64,000 nucleotides of DNA, from IMG/VR virus record IMGVR_UViG_3300042673_001280; one strand, 5' to 3'. Positions 38,037-46,778 of this stretch are shown in pieces. Below the pieces are notes generated by a model that saw only the letters and a list, made by a program, of their open reading frames with translations, was not told the DNA's origin and made no database searches. This DNA is from a virus (taxonomy: Duplodnaviria > Heunggongvirae > Uroviricota > Caudoviricetes). Every line of letters starts with the position of its first letter. Positions within the stretch are counted from its first letter, which is position 1. A program made the translations under genes and the position numbers.

Positions 38037-38437
38037 AAAGAGTATTAGCAGTTATTTTACTTAGTATGCTATCTGGTTGCGCAGCAATGGATGCGTATTT
38101 TATGGCAAAATTTGATCAAAACGAATATCAATTAATCAATGACGTTCGGAGTCTTTCGCAAATAGGATCAGAGTTTTGTAGTAATCAACAACAAATGGTT
38201 CCTATTGTAGATCGTATATATTTAAAAAGTATTGAATTTAAAAACTATGCTGAATTTATACCAGAAAACAAAGTAACTATGAAACTATCAGAATCATTAA
38301 TGGATTTAACAGAACCATTACATGTACGATATCATAAAACAGAAAAAATAAGTGAAGCATATTGTAAACAAAAAATGGATATTTTAACAAAAGCGGCAAC
38401 TACAATTGCCCAAACTATAGGGAGTAAACCACGATGA
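38033..38437 (+). CDS. lipoprotein (signal peptide with lipobox LSGC)
   Basis: MKRVLAVILLSMLSGCAA N-terminus. Confidence 0.55.
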   Translation: MKRVLAVILLSMLSGCAAMDAYFMAKFDQNEYQLINDVRSLSQIGSEFCSNQQQMVPIVDRIYLKSIEFKNYAEFIPENKVTMKLSESLMDLTEPLHVRYHKTEKISEAYCKQKMDILTKAATTIAQTIGSKPR

Positions 38438-38703
38438 GTACACAAGATATTTTAAATAGTTTAAGCGGATACGATACTGTTAAAAGTCACGCTCTTGCAG
38501 ATGCAGCAGCAGAACTTAAAGGATTAACTGAAGACTTTCAAAACGGTGTAATTAGCGCGTCTGAATATGAAGAACTATTACAAGATATTTCTACAACTGG
38601 AATTATCATCGAAGATGCGGCAGCACTTAACGCACAAACTGAATTAAACAAAATTATAAACACTGCAATCACAATTGCATCAACCGCTGCAAAAGCAATT
38701 TAA
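38434..38703 (+). CDS. small hypothetical protein
   Basis: ORF with overlapping stop and start. Confidence 0.35.
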   Translation: MSTQDILNSLSGYDTVKSHALADAAAELKGLTEDFQNGVISASEYEELLQDISTTGIIIEDAAALNAQTELNKIINTAITIASTAAKAI

Positions 38704-38718
38704 ATACAAGGAACGTAA

Positions 38719-39168
38719 ATGGAAGAAAACAAAGAGGATTTTATGACAAAATATTGGCGCCCAATGATGGCAATGACATACATGGCAACATGTTTGTTTG
38801 ACTTTATTGTAGGACCGATTCTATACAACGTATTACAATACTATAACCCCGGTCAAAACTTAGACATGTGGCAACCATTAACATTACAAGGTGGTGGACT
38901 TTATCACATTGCAATGGGTGTTGTATTAGGTATTTCGGCACACGGTCGTACACAAGAAAAAATTAACACACCGTCTTTACCTGGAATGGGTAGTTTCATG
39001 CCAGCACCGCAAGAATCACCAGCTCCGACTCCAGTTTATGCACCTGCGCCTGCACCGGTATATGTACCGCCAGCACCTGCGCCTGCACCGGTAGTTGAAG
39101 AAGCTCCTGCACCTGTTAGAAAAAGACCGATGGCAAAACCAATTCCAAAATCAGATGAACCAATTTAA
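38719..39168 (+). CDS. membrane protein with a Pro/Ala-rich C-terminal tail
   Basis: Two TM helices, then a PAPTPVYAPAPAPVYVPPAPAPAPVVEEAPAP stretch. Confidence 0.45.
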   Translation: MEENKEDFMTKYWRPMMAMTYMATCLFDFIVGPILYNVLQYYNPGQNLDMWQPLTLQGGGLYHIAMGVVLGISAHGRTQEKINTPSLPGMGSFMPAPQESPAPTPVYAPAPAPVYVPPAPAPAPVVEEAPAPVRKRPMAKPIPKSDEPI

Positions 39169-39177
39169 GGAAACATT

Positions 39178-39414
39178 ATGAAAAAACTATTATCATTAAT
39201 TATAATTGGCATGTTGGCAGCTTCACCAGTTGCATATGCTAACCATGAAGAAGGGCATGTTGGCCCAACTACTAAAGAAGTTTGCAAAACTGTAAAAGGT
39301 AAGAAACAATGCAAAACTATCAAAGTTCATAAGAAATTTGAAGGTAAAAAAGTTCCACCTAAAAAGGCAGTTGTAAAACCAGCTCCAAAAAAAGTAGTTA
39401 AAAAACGTAAGTAA
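39178..39414 (+). CDS. small secreted Lys-rich protein
   Basis: Signal peptide (MKKLLSLIIIGMLAASPVAYA) and a lysine-rich mature part. Confidence 0.45.
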   Translation: MKKLLSLIIIGMLAASPVAYANHEEGHVGPTTKEVCKTVKGKKQCKTIKVHKKFEGKKVPPKKAVVKPAPKKVVKKRK

Positions 39415-39424
39415 TCAAAATATT

Positions 39425-39453
39425 GACAGGTCAGGCATTGTATAGTATAATTA
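39425..39453 (+). promoter_or_regulatory. consensus sigma70 promoter (TTGACA-17-TATAAT) for the J-domain gene
   Basis: Exact hexamers with a 17-nt spacer. Lies inside the ORF-track start of the next gene, arguing for the later ATG. Confidence 0.65.
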
Positions 39454-39488
39454 CTATACAAACTGACCTTTTTTATGAGAAATTAACC

Positions 39489-40313
39489 ATGACAGACTTT
39501 TATTCAAAATTAGGTGTGTCCCAAGACGCATCACAAGACGATATTAAAAAAGCATATCGTTCATTAGCAAACCGCCATCATCCCGATAAAGGAGGTGACC
39601 AAGCTGCATTTAAAGATATTTCTGTAGCATACGATACTCTAAGTGATCCGCAAAAACGTGCAGAGTATGATAATCAACAACACGGACATCAGTTTGGGGG
39701 TGGACAACATTTCCATTTTGATATGAATGACATATTTGGACAACACGCACATTTTACTAATATGTTTGGAAATGGATTTAGACAACAACAACGCAACAAA
39801 GATTTAAACTTACAAGTACAAGTAACCCTTGTTGAATCTTTTAAAGGTAAACAAGTAGATGCATCATTTACATTGCCTAGTGGAAAACCGCAAACTGTTT
39901 CTATTAATGTACCAGCTGGCATTGATCACGGTGACACTATACGATACCAAGGATTAGGTGACGATTCTATTCCAAATATTGCTCGTGGAAATCTTAATGT
40001 AACAATTCACGTTATTCCGGATTATATATTTAGACGTGAAGGAAATGACGTGTTTGCTACATTAGAAATTAATCCAATTGAGGCAATGCTTGGCTGTATT
40101 AAATCGGTTAAAACTATTACTGGTGAAATAAAAAATGTAAGTATTAGAGCCGGAGTTGAAACTGGCACACACTATGCTTCTGGACCGGGATTTACTAATT
40201 TACATAGTAAACAAACTGGACAATTTATTTCAGTTATTAAAATTAAAGTTCCTACAATTACTGATCCTGCACTAATTGCACAATTACAAGCAATAAACAG
40301 TCAATTAAATTGA
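39489..40313 (+). CDS. DnaJ-like J-domain co-chaperone (J domain plus Gly/Phe-like linker plus C-terminal beta domain; no zinc-finger CxxCxGxG repeats)
   Basis: DFYSKLGVSQDASQDDIKKAYRSLANRHHPDKGG with the HPD motif. Start placed at the Met after the promoter (ORF track gives 39423). Confidence 0.8.
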   Translation: MTDFYSKLGVSQDASQDDIKKAYRSLANRHHPDKGGDQAAFKDISVAYDTLSDPQKRAEYDNQQHGHQFGGGQHFHFDMNDIFGQHAHFTNMFGNGFRQQQRNKDLNLQVQVTLVESFKGKQVDASFTLPSGKPQTVSINVPAGIDHGDTIRYQGLGDDSIPNIARGNLNVTIHVIPDYIFRREGNDVFATLEINPIEAMLGCIKSVKTITGEIKNVSIRAGVETGTHYASGPGFTNLHSKQTGQFISVIKIKVPTITDPALIAQLQAINSQLN

Positions 40314-40338
40314 CTTTTATGTAAAATAGTGTATAATA
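40311..40338 (+). promoter_or_regulatory. sigma70-like promoter (TTGACT-16-TATAAT) for the ClpA-like gene
   Basis: Overlaps the J-domain gene stop. Confidence 0.45.
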
Positions 40339-40369
40339 TAACTTTACTTAACAACTACAAGGAACTACT

Positions 40370-42670
40370 ATGGTCGAACCAAGCGAAAAACTACAAGCAA
40401 TTTTTGACAAAGCTATTGCCGCAGCAAAAAACATGCATCATGAGTATGTAACACTTGAGCACGTATTGTTTTCAATGCTCATGGAAGATGAAGGATTTAC
40501 AAGTTCTTTACAGCATTTTGGTGCCGACACTACATTTTTAAAGAATACTGTACTAGATCATTTACAAACAAAATGTCAAGAAATTACTACAGTTGACGTA
40601 GTAGTTAAACCTAAAAAAACTCAAGCTGTAGAACGCTCTTTAAATAGAGCGTTTACACAAGTGTTGTTTAACGGTGGCAATCGTATCGAACCAGCTGATT
40701 TTTTCTTAGCAATGCTAGGCGAGAAACGGTCATGGGCGTTTTATTATGTTGCACAGGTAAACATCACTAAAGAAAAGTATGCCGAGTATATACAAAATGT
40801 TACATCTGACGATGATGATGCAACAACAAGTTCAGTTAAACCTGGCTCACAAACACACAAAGCATTACAGGCGTACACTACTAATTTAAACGAAGAAGTT
40901 AAAAATAACAAGATTGACCCAGTTATTGGTCGTGTAGACGAATTAGAACATATTGCGCTTGCGTTAGGACGTCGTAGTAAAAACAACGTTATTATGGTAG
41001 GTGATCCGGGTGTAGGTAAAACTGCAATTGCCGAAGGTCTTGCATATAACATTGTTAACGGTTCGGTTCCTGAATTTTTAATAGATTACACTGTTTACAA
41101 TTTAGATATTGCTGCTATGTTGGCAGGTTCTAAATACAGAGGCGACTTTGAAGAACGATTTAAACAAGTAATTAAGTCGTTACAGAAACTTGGTAAATGT
41201 GTACTATTCATTGACGAGGCCCATATGATTAGTGGTGCAGGTGCATCTGGTAATTCTTCTAATGATTTAGCTAATATGATGAAGCCTGCACTTAGTAAAG
41301 GTAACATTAAAGTTATTGCAAGTACTACATGGGACGAATACCGTAAACACTTTGAAAAAGATCGTGCGTTAATGCGTAGATTCCAACGTATTACAGTTGA
41401 CGAACCTACACAAGAAATGACTTTACAAATTCTTAAAGGTATTAAGAAGTACTACGAAGGTCATCACAAACTTAAAATTAAGGACGAAGCATTACAAGCG
41501 TCAATTAAATTATCTGTAAAATATCAAGCAGATAAAAAATTACCCGATAAAGCTATTGACTTAATTGATTGTGCTTGCTCACGGTTTAACTTAAAACTTG
41601 CAGATCAACGTGTAGTTACAGAAGCTGATATTCAGTTTGAATTAGCTAAAATGGTTAACATGCCAGTTGAACAGATCATGCAAACTGAAACTAGTTCGCT
41701 AATTACATTGCAAGAAAAACTTGAAGCTGAAGTATTTGGTCAAGATACTGCATTAACTGAAATTGTTGACAAAATTATGGTTGCACAAGCAGGATTAAAA
41801 CCAGAAAACAAACCAATTGGTAGCTTTGTGTTTATGGGACCAACAGGGTGTGGTAAAACTGAAACAGCTAAAGCACTTGCTAAACATTTAAATACTAAAT
41901 TGTTACGTTTTGATATGTCAGAATATCAAGAGAAACACAGTATTAGCAAACTAATTGGCAGTCCTCCAGGTTATGTAGGTTTTGAAGACAATGCAGGTTT
42001 GTTGATTACACAAATTCAAGAAAATCCAAATGCGGTATTGTTATTTGATGAGATTGAAAAATCACATCCTGATGTATCTACAGTGTTGTTACAAATGATG
42101 GACAACGGCTTTATTACAGGCTCAAATGGTAAACAAGCTGATTGCCGCCATATTGTATTAATTCTAACTACTAATGCCGGTGCGCAATCTGCAGAAAAAA
42201 ATCAAATTGGGTTTGGCTCTCAAGAAAAAGACTATTCAGATACTGATCTTAAGAAGTTTTTATCGCCTGAGTTCCGCAACAGACTAGATGGTGTTATTAC
42301 GTTTAATAAGTTAGGAAAAGACACTATGGTTAAAGTTGTAAACAAGTTTATTGACGAAGTGCGTGAACAAGTTAAAGAAAAAGGCATTAAGATCAAAATT
42401 GATAAAGCTGCAACTAATTGGTTGTTAGACAACGGATTTGATGCTAAAATGGGTGCTAGACCATTACATCGCATTATTGATAAAGAGATCAAACGTGATC
42501 TTGCTAAAATGATGTTGTTTGGTGATCTTAAATTAGGAGGATGGTTAACAGTAACAGTTGCAGATGATAAAATTGTACTTGTTTCTAAACCTAAAGCACT
42601 TAAAGTACCGTTACTTACTACAAAAGAAGTGTTAACATCAGACAACTTGTTTATTGAAGATGCTGATTAA
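40370..42670 (+). CDS. clpA: ClpA-type double-AAA+ unfoldase (ATP-dependent Clp protease ATP-binding subunit)
   Basis: Clp N-domain. Two Walker A boxes (GDPGVGKTAIAEGLA and GPTGCGKTETAKALA). No ClpB middle coiled-coil domain. QIGFGS loop aligned with the ClpP-docking IGL/IGF loop of ClpA. Confidence 0.85.
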   Translation: MVEPSEKLQAIFDKAIAAAKNMHHEYVTLEHVLFSMLMEDEGFTSSLQHFGADTTFLKNTVLDHLQTKCQEITTVDVVVKPKKTQAVERSLNRAFTQVLFNGGNRIEPADFFLAMLGEKRSWAFYYVAQVNITKEKYAEYIQNVTSDDDDATTSSVKPGSQTHKALQAYTTNLNEEVKNNKIDPVIGRVDELEHIALALGRRSKNNVIMVGDPGVGKTAIAEGLAYNIVNGSVPEFLIDYTVYNLDIAAMLAGSKYRGDFEERFKQVIKSLQKLGKCVLFIDEAHMISGAGASGNSSNDLANMMKPALSKGNIKVIASTTWDEYRKHFEKDRALMRRFQRITVDEPTQEMTLQILKGIKKYYEGHHKLKIKDEALQASIKLSVKYQADKKLPDKAIDLIDCACSRFNLKLADQRVVTEADIQFELAKMVNMPVEQIMQTETSSLITLQEKLEAEVFGQDTALTEIVDKIMVAQAGLKPENKPIGSFVFMGPTGCGKTETAKALAKHLNTKLLRFDMSEYQEKHSISKLIGSPPGYVGFEDNAGLLITQIQENPNAVLLFDEIEKSHPDVSTVLLQMMDNGFITGSNGKQADCRHIVLILTTNAGAQSAEKNQIGFGSQEKDYSDTDLKKFLSPEFRNRLDGVITFNKLGKDTMVKVVNKFIDEVREQVKEKGIKIKIDKAATNWLLDNGFDAKMGARPLHRIIDKEIKRDLAKMMLFGDLKLGGWLTVTVADDKIVLVSKPKALKVPLLTTKEVLTSDNLFIEDAD

Positions 42671-43265
42671 GACTACTAAAAAGTTATATAAAGGCAAATA
42701 CCAGTACAATATTGTGCTGGTATGCGCATTTTCTGTTGTGTTTAGAGGAAATGATCTTAATGTTACTGCTCGTAAAATTGACAATGAAGAAAAATTAGTA
42801 GACACAAAATGGGCGTGGAAAAATCCATTAGAGTTTGCGTATGCTAAAGAACTTTACAATATGCTAATTACCATGGACGATTTTTCCATTAGAGTTGAAT
42901 CTCCAACTATTACATGTTATACTAACAACTACAGTGATATTATTGCATTAAGAGAAATAGACATTTCAAAAGTTCGTAGAATTAGTGTTCCAATGGTTAC
43001 ATTAACTGAAGACTCTGTATACATGCCAGAGATAGATTACGAGTTTCGTGTTACTATCGGAGGCACTAAACACCAATATTTAGATTTTTTAGAATGGGCA
43101 GATGCTATTGACAAATTACGAATTACTAATAGCTGTAGAGAAATGTTATCACAACGCAGTAGTTATGGCGGGGGTCACTTTTATGTAAATGGTGAAAACA
43201 TGTTATTAATGTGTAGGATGCAATTAGCTGGTATAAATCTTACAGTCCACCGTATAGTACATTAA
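42654..43265 (+). CDS. hypothetical protein, translationally coupled to the ClpA-like gene (17-nt overlap)
   Basis: ORF only. Confidence 0.35.
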   Translation: MKMLIKTTKKLYKGKYQYNIVLVCAFSVVFRGNDLNVTARKIDNEEKLVDTKWAWKNPLEFAYAKELYNMLITMDDFSIRVESPTITCYTNNYSDIIALREIDISKVRRISVPMVTLTEDSVYMPEIDYEFRVTIGGTKHQYLDFLEWADAIDKLRITNSCREMLSQRSSYGGGHFYVNGENMLLMCRMQLAGINLTVHRIVH

Positions 43266-43266
43266 G

Positions 43267-43274
43267 TATAAATA
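43267..43274 (+). promoter_or_regulatory. T4-type late promoter TATAAATA
   Basis: Exact octamer 23 nt upstream of the ATG at 43298. Confidence 0.45.
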
Positions 43275-43297
43275 TATTAATAACACGGAATTTAACT

Positions 43298-43672
43298 ATG
43301 CGTATCACAGATTTATTAGAAAATGCTCACTTTAAAAGTGAAGAATTTGTTAAACAAACTGACGACGGTAACGAGATTGATTTTGATCTAACCGAGGATT
43401 TAGTTTTCTTTTTAAACAACAATGACGATGCATATCGCCGTCACCTGTTGCCCGCAGTACATAAGTTTATTGATACACAAAAAGCAGGCAATGAACCCAA
43501 ATATACTATTTTTAAAACTGCAGTTGCAGATGGTTATAAACAATACACTCAGCAATATCCAATGCGTGAATTGCCGGATGAAATAGATAAGAAAACTTGG
43601 AAAACAACTTGTAAAAATTTGTTTGATCAAATTTCTAAAGATATGGAAGACGGTCATTACGATCACACTTAA
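43298..43672 (+). CDS. hypothetical acidic protein
   Basis: ORF behind the late promoter. Confidence 0.4.
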   Translation: MRITDLLENAHFKSEEFVKQTDDGNEIDFDLTEDLVFFLNNNDDAYRRHLLPAVHKFIDTQKAGNEPKYTIFKTAVADGYKQYTQQYPMRELPDEIDKKTWKTTCKNLFDQISKDMEDGHYDHT

Positions 43673-43696
43673 CATTTTTATTATATAGGTAACAAT

Positions 43697-45397
43697 ATGG
43701 CAGGAATAGCACACCCTGAAGATCTTATCATTACTGAAGGATCTAACGGTGCCCTTCAAGCAGTTAATGAATTAACTAATCTTTCAACATTAACTATTAA
43801 ATGGGACGGCTTTCCTGCAATAGTTTTTGGTCGAGATAAAAATGGAACATTAGTGCTTGTTGATAAGCACATGTTTAAACAAGTTGCTAACGGCAATCTT
43901 GAATTTACTTCAATTAGAGAATACGATTTAACCCGTAATATAAATCGTAACGACTTATGGGATAAAGAAGACATTCTCCGTCCTGCATTAGACAAAATAA
44001 TTCCAAATATAACTGACACTTACTACATGGGCGATTTGCTATGGGTTAATACCCCTGTTAGTGTTGGAGATTCATATGTTTTTAAACCAAATACTGTCAA
44101 ATATCATGTTGATCACAATAGTGAGTTAGGTAAATCAATTGCTAATAGTGTTGGGGGTATTGCAGTACATACGTTTATTCCAGGGTTAACTGCAGAAGAC
44201 GAACCAATTAATGGTTTTGATGTGTTTGCAGAGTGTAAAGACATTACGTTTATTGCAACTGAGATGAAACAGCCAAATATTGTTATAAACACTGCATTAT
44301 TAAACGCTGTACAAACTACAATTGCTACATATTCCAGCGATGTAGACGCTGTTATTGCTAAATTAACTGAGTTAAAATGTAAAAGTGTAATTACTGCAAT
44401 GGGACCGTTTATTACTAGTATGATTAACAGTGAAGATCTATCTACTAACATTGTTCCAAGATTTATTGATTTTTTTACGCTAAGACTTACAAAACCTGCT
44501 CACGCTAAACTGTTTTTACCAAATGGAAAACTACGTAACGACATTTACACTGGTATTAATGGTTTATGGAGTATATGGAGTGCAATTTCTAATCTCAAAT
44601 TAGACATTAAACGTCAAATTGATGAACAACAACTGCACAGTGCAGTGCAACCTGTAATAAATAGTATTATAAGTCACGAAGGCTATGTATGCGGCAGCGG
44701 TATTAACAAAATAAAAATTATAAATCGGTTAGAATTTAGCCGTGCTAACTTTTCCAAATACAATGTAACTGCAGAGGAAATTGCCGCAAAAAGTAACATG
44801 CCAATGGCAACTTTTTGTTTTGGTAGAATGAATCCTCCAACAGTTGGACATAAAAGAGTTATACAACAAACAGTAGCACTTGGAAAAGAACATGCATATA
44901 TTTTTGCAAGTAATAAACATGATCCTAAAAGTGACCCATTAGAGTACGACGTTAAAACTGAATTTATTAAAAAAATTCATCCTGATTATTCTAACTTTAT
45001 GGTAACCGAATATGTTAGAGATCCATGGCAAGCTGCATGTTGGTTATATGATAGAGGTTATAGACACATGACATTTGTTGCAGGCAGTGATAGACTAGGT
45101 AATAGTACTAGAAGTTTAGAAACTGCACTTAACAATTGGAATAGTGGTCCATCTCGCACTTCTGATTATGCTCGCGGACCAAATGGTAGAGAACATGTAG
45201 TATTAAAATTTGTTAGTAGTGGAGATCGCACAGATGAAACTAATAACGCTAGCAGTACATTAGCACGTGAATACGCTAAAATAGGTGACAAGATTAATTT
45301 CCAACTAATAACTGGTGTAAGTGAAGATATTACAGTATGTGGTAAAACCTTATATGAAGCTACTAGGGAGGGAATGAATGTACAACGGAATGAATAA
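43697..45397 (+). CDS. two-domain nucleotidyltransferase: N-terminal ligase-like KxDG domain fused to a C-terminal NMN/NaMN-adenylyltransferase-like (HxGH ... ISST) domain
   Basis: TIKWDG (motif I-like) and VFKPNTVKY in the first half. FGRMNPPTVGH plus ASSTLAR, characteristic of the cytidylyl/adenylyltransferase superfamily, in the second half. Confidence 0.45.
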   Translation: MAGIAHPEDLIITEGSNGALQAVNELTNLSTLTIKWDGFPAIVFGRDKNGTLVLVDKHMFKQVANGNLEFTSIREYDLTRNINRNDLWDKEDILRPALDKIIPNITDTYYMGDLLWVNTPVSVGDSYVFKPNTVKYHVDHNSELGKSIANSVGGIAVHTFIPGLTAEDEPINGFDVFAECKDITFIATEMKQPNIVINTALLNAVQTTIATYSSDVDAVIAKLTELKCKSVITAMGPFITSMINSEDLSTNIVPRFIDFFTLRLTKPAHAKLFLPNGKLRNDIYTGINGLWSIWSAISNLKLDIKRQIDEQQLHSAVQPVINSIISHEGYVCGSGINKIKIINRLEFSRANFSKYNVTAEEIAAKSNMPMATFCFGRMNPPTVGHKRVIQQTVALGKEHAYIFASNKHDPKSDPLEYDVKTEFIKKIHPDYSNFMVTEYVRDPWQAACWLYDRGYRHMTFVAGSDRLGNSTRSLETALNNWNSGPSRTSDYARGPNGREHVVLKFVSSGDRTDETNNASSTLAREYAKIGDKINFQLITGVSEDITVCGKTLYEATREGMNVQRNE

Positions 45398-45801
45398 TGA
45401 AACGATATACAAATGAAGATATACGGGAATTTGAGATTGCCGTAAATGAGATGCAGCATAGCCTAATCCGTGAAGGTAAACTTCGTCAAGGTGTCCGAGA
45501 TGCAGTTCCCGGATTAAATGCATGGCCTGCATTAAACAATAATAACAATCCATACAACGCTTATAGATTTGGCATTGCAATGGCAGGTGCCCCTGATTTT
45601 AAAACTGATAAAAAAGGGCCAAACGGTGGGGACTTTATGACAATGTCATACACTAGTGGCGACGACGAAATATTAAACTCTGCTGCAAAACAAATGGGTG
45701 TAAAAAGTTCATCAATTGCAGCAAAAAAATCTAAAGAAACTGATGATGTTCATAAAGTTAGTCCAGTTGCTAATAAAAAACGTAACAGGTACGGTATATG
45801 A
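45397..45801 (+). CDS. hypothetical protein, paralogue A of a tandem pair
   Basis: Shares YRFGIAMAGAPD ... SPVANKKRNRYG blocks with the next ORF. Confidence 0.4.
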   Translation: MKRYTNEDIREFEIAVNEMQHSLIREGKLRQGVRDAVPGLNAWPALNNNNNPYNAYRFGIAMAGAPDFKTDKKGPNGGDFMTMSYTSGDDEILNSAAKQMGVKSSSIAAKKSKETDDVHKVSPVANKKRNRYGI

Positions 45802-46202
45802 AAATTTTAGAAATCATTACCGAATCAGAAGCTGGTAATACTGATGCTACACAAAACGCCAGCAACACTAAAAAGTCCGGAAAAATGCATGACAATTTTA
45901 AGTCTTCAATAAAAGGAATGCATACATATCCTGGCAATCATACGTATTACGATATGTATAGATTTGGTGTTGATATGGCAGGTAGCCCAGATGATCATAA
46001 CGAGTACGACCCGTCAAGTCCAGTTGCAAACCAGTTAGTAACACTGTCATATTCTGATGCTGATCAAAAAATTATTGATAAAAGTAAAAAGAAAATGGGG
46101 TTTAACAGTAAACAGTTAACTTCGGATAATAGTACAGAACCATCTGAAACACATACCTCAAGTCCTGTAGCTAAAATAAAAAGAAATAAATATGGGGTGT
46201 AA
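45798..46202 (+). CDS. hypothetical protein, paralogue B of a tandem pair
   Basis: YRFGVDMAGSPD ... SPVAKIKRNKYG. Same length (134 aa) as paralogue A. Confidence 0.4.
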   Translation: MKILEIITESEAGNTDATQNASNTKKSGKMHDNFKSSIKGMHTYPGNHTYYDMYRFGVDMAGSPDDHNEYDPSSPVANQLVTLSYSDADQKIIDKSKKKMGFNSKQLTSDNSTEPSETHTSSPVAKIKRNKYGV

Positions 46203-46205
46203 ATT

Positions 46206-46463
46206 GTGAAACAATATAGAATAACATCCGAGCATATACTACAAGACAGCCCAGACGACTGTTTTCTTGCGCCCGACGATCCAATACAAGAATTGAAAAT
46301 TGCACATCATTTAGGCGGACTGGGTGCAGATGCACGCCTACACGAGTATCGCGCACAACAAATACAACAACCGTTTAGTGATGAACGCGGAAAATATCAG
46401 CGTGAAAATAATATTAGACCCGGTACTCCTGCATGGTTTGAATTATGGGGTAACAAATTATGA
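46206..46463 (+). CDS. hypothetical small protein
   Basis: ORF (GTG start). Confidence 0.3.
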   Translation: MKQYRITSEHILQDSPDDCFLAPDDPIQELKIAHHLGGLGADARLHEYRAQQIQQPFSDERGKYQRENNIRPGTPAWFELWGNKL

Positions 46464-46756
46464 GAATTAGAGAAATTATTTCAGAAATGGCATCAACAGG
46501 TGCAACAAGTGCGTCAAGTGTTGGAACTAACATTGCAAATTATGACCTAGGTAATAATAAAGGTAATAAAAAATATACAGGGTCACCAGGTAAAAGTGGT
46601 ACACATGTAAACCAAGTTAAAACAGTATCAATAAAAAATAAAAACGGTACTGTAAAGAACGCACTAGATATAAAAGGAAAAAAAGGTAATTTATTTGGCA
46701 CAGTTGTAGGTGAAGGCGGAGACTTATTTACCGGCGGAACTATCAAAAGAGGCTAA
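46460..46756 (+). CDS. hypothetical Gly/Lys-rich small protein
   Basis: ORF only. Confidence 0.3.
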   Translation: MRIREIISEMASTGATSASSVGTNIANYDLGNNKGNKKYTGSPGKSGTHVNQVKTVSIKNKNGTVKNALDIKGKKGNLFGTVVGEGGDLFTGGTIKRG

Positions 46757-46778
46757 ATATACAATAACGGAGTTTACC

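Noticed and set aside
39423-39488. ORF-track start of the J-domain gene (MTGQALYS...)
   Set aside because: This stretch contains a perfect TTGACA-17-TATAAT promoter. The J domain begins right after the downstream Met, so 39489 is taken as the start.
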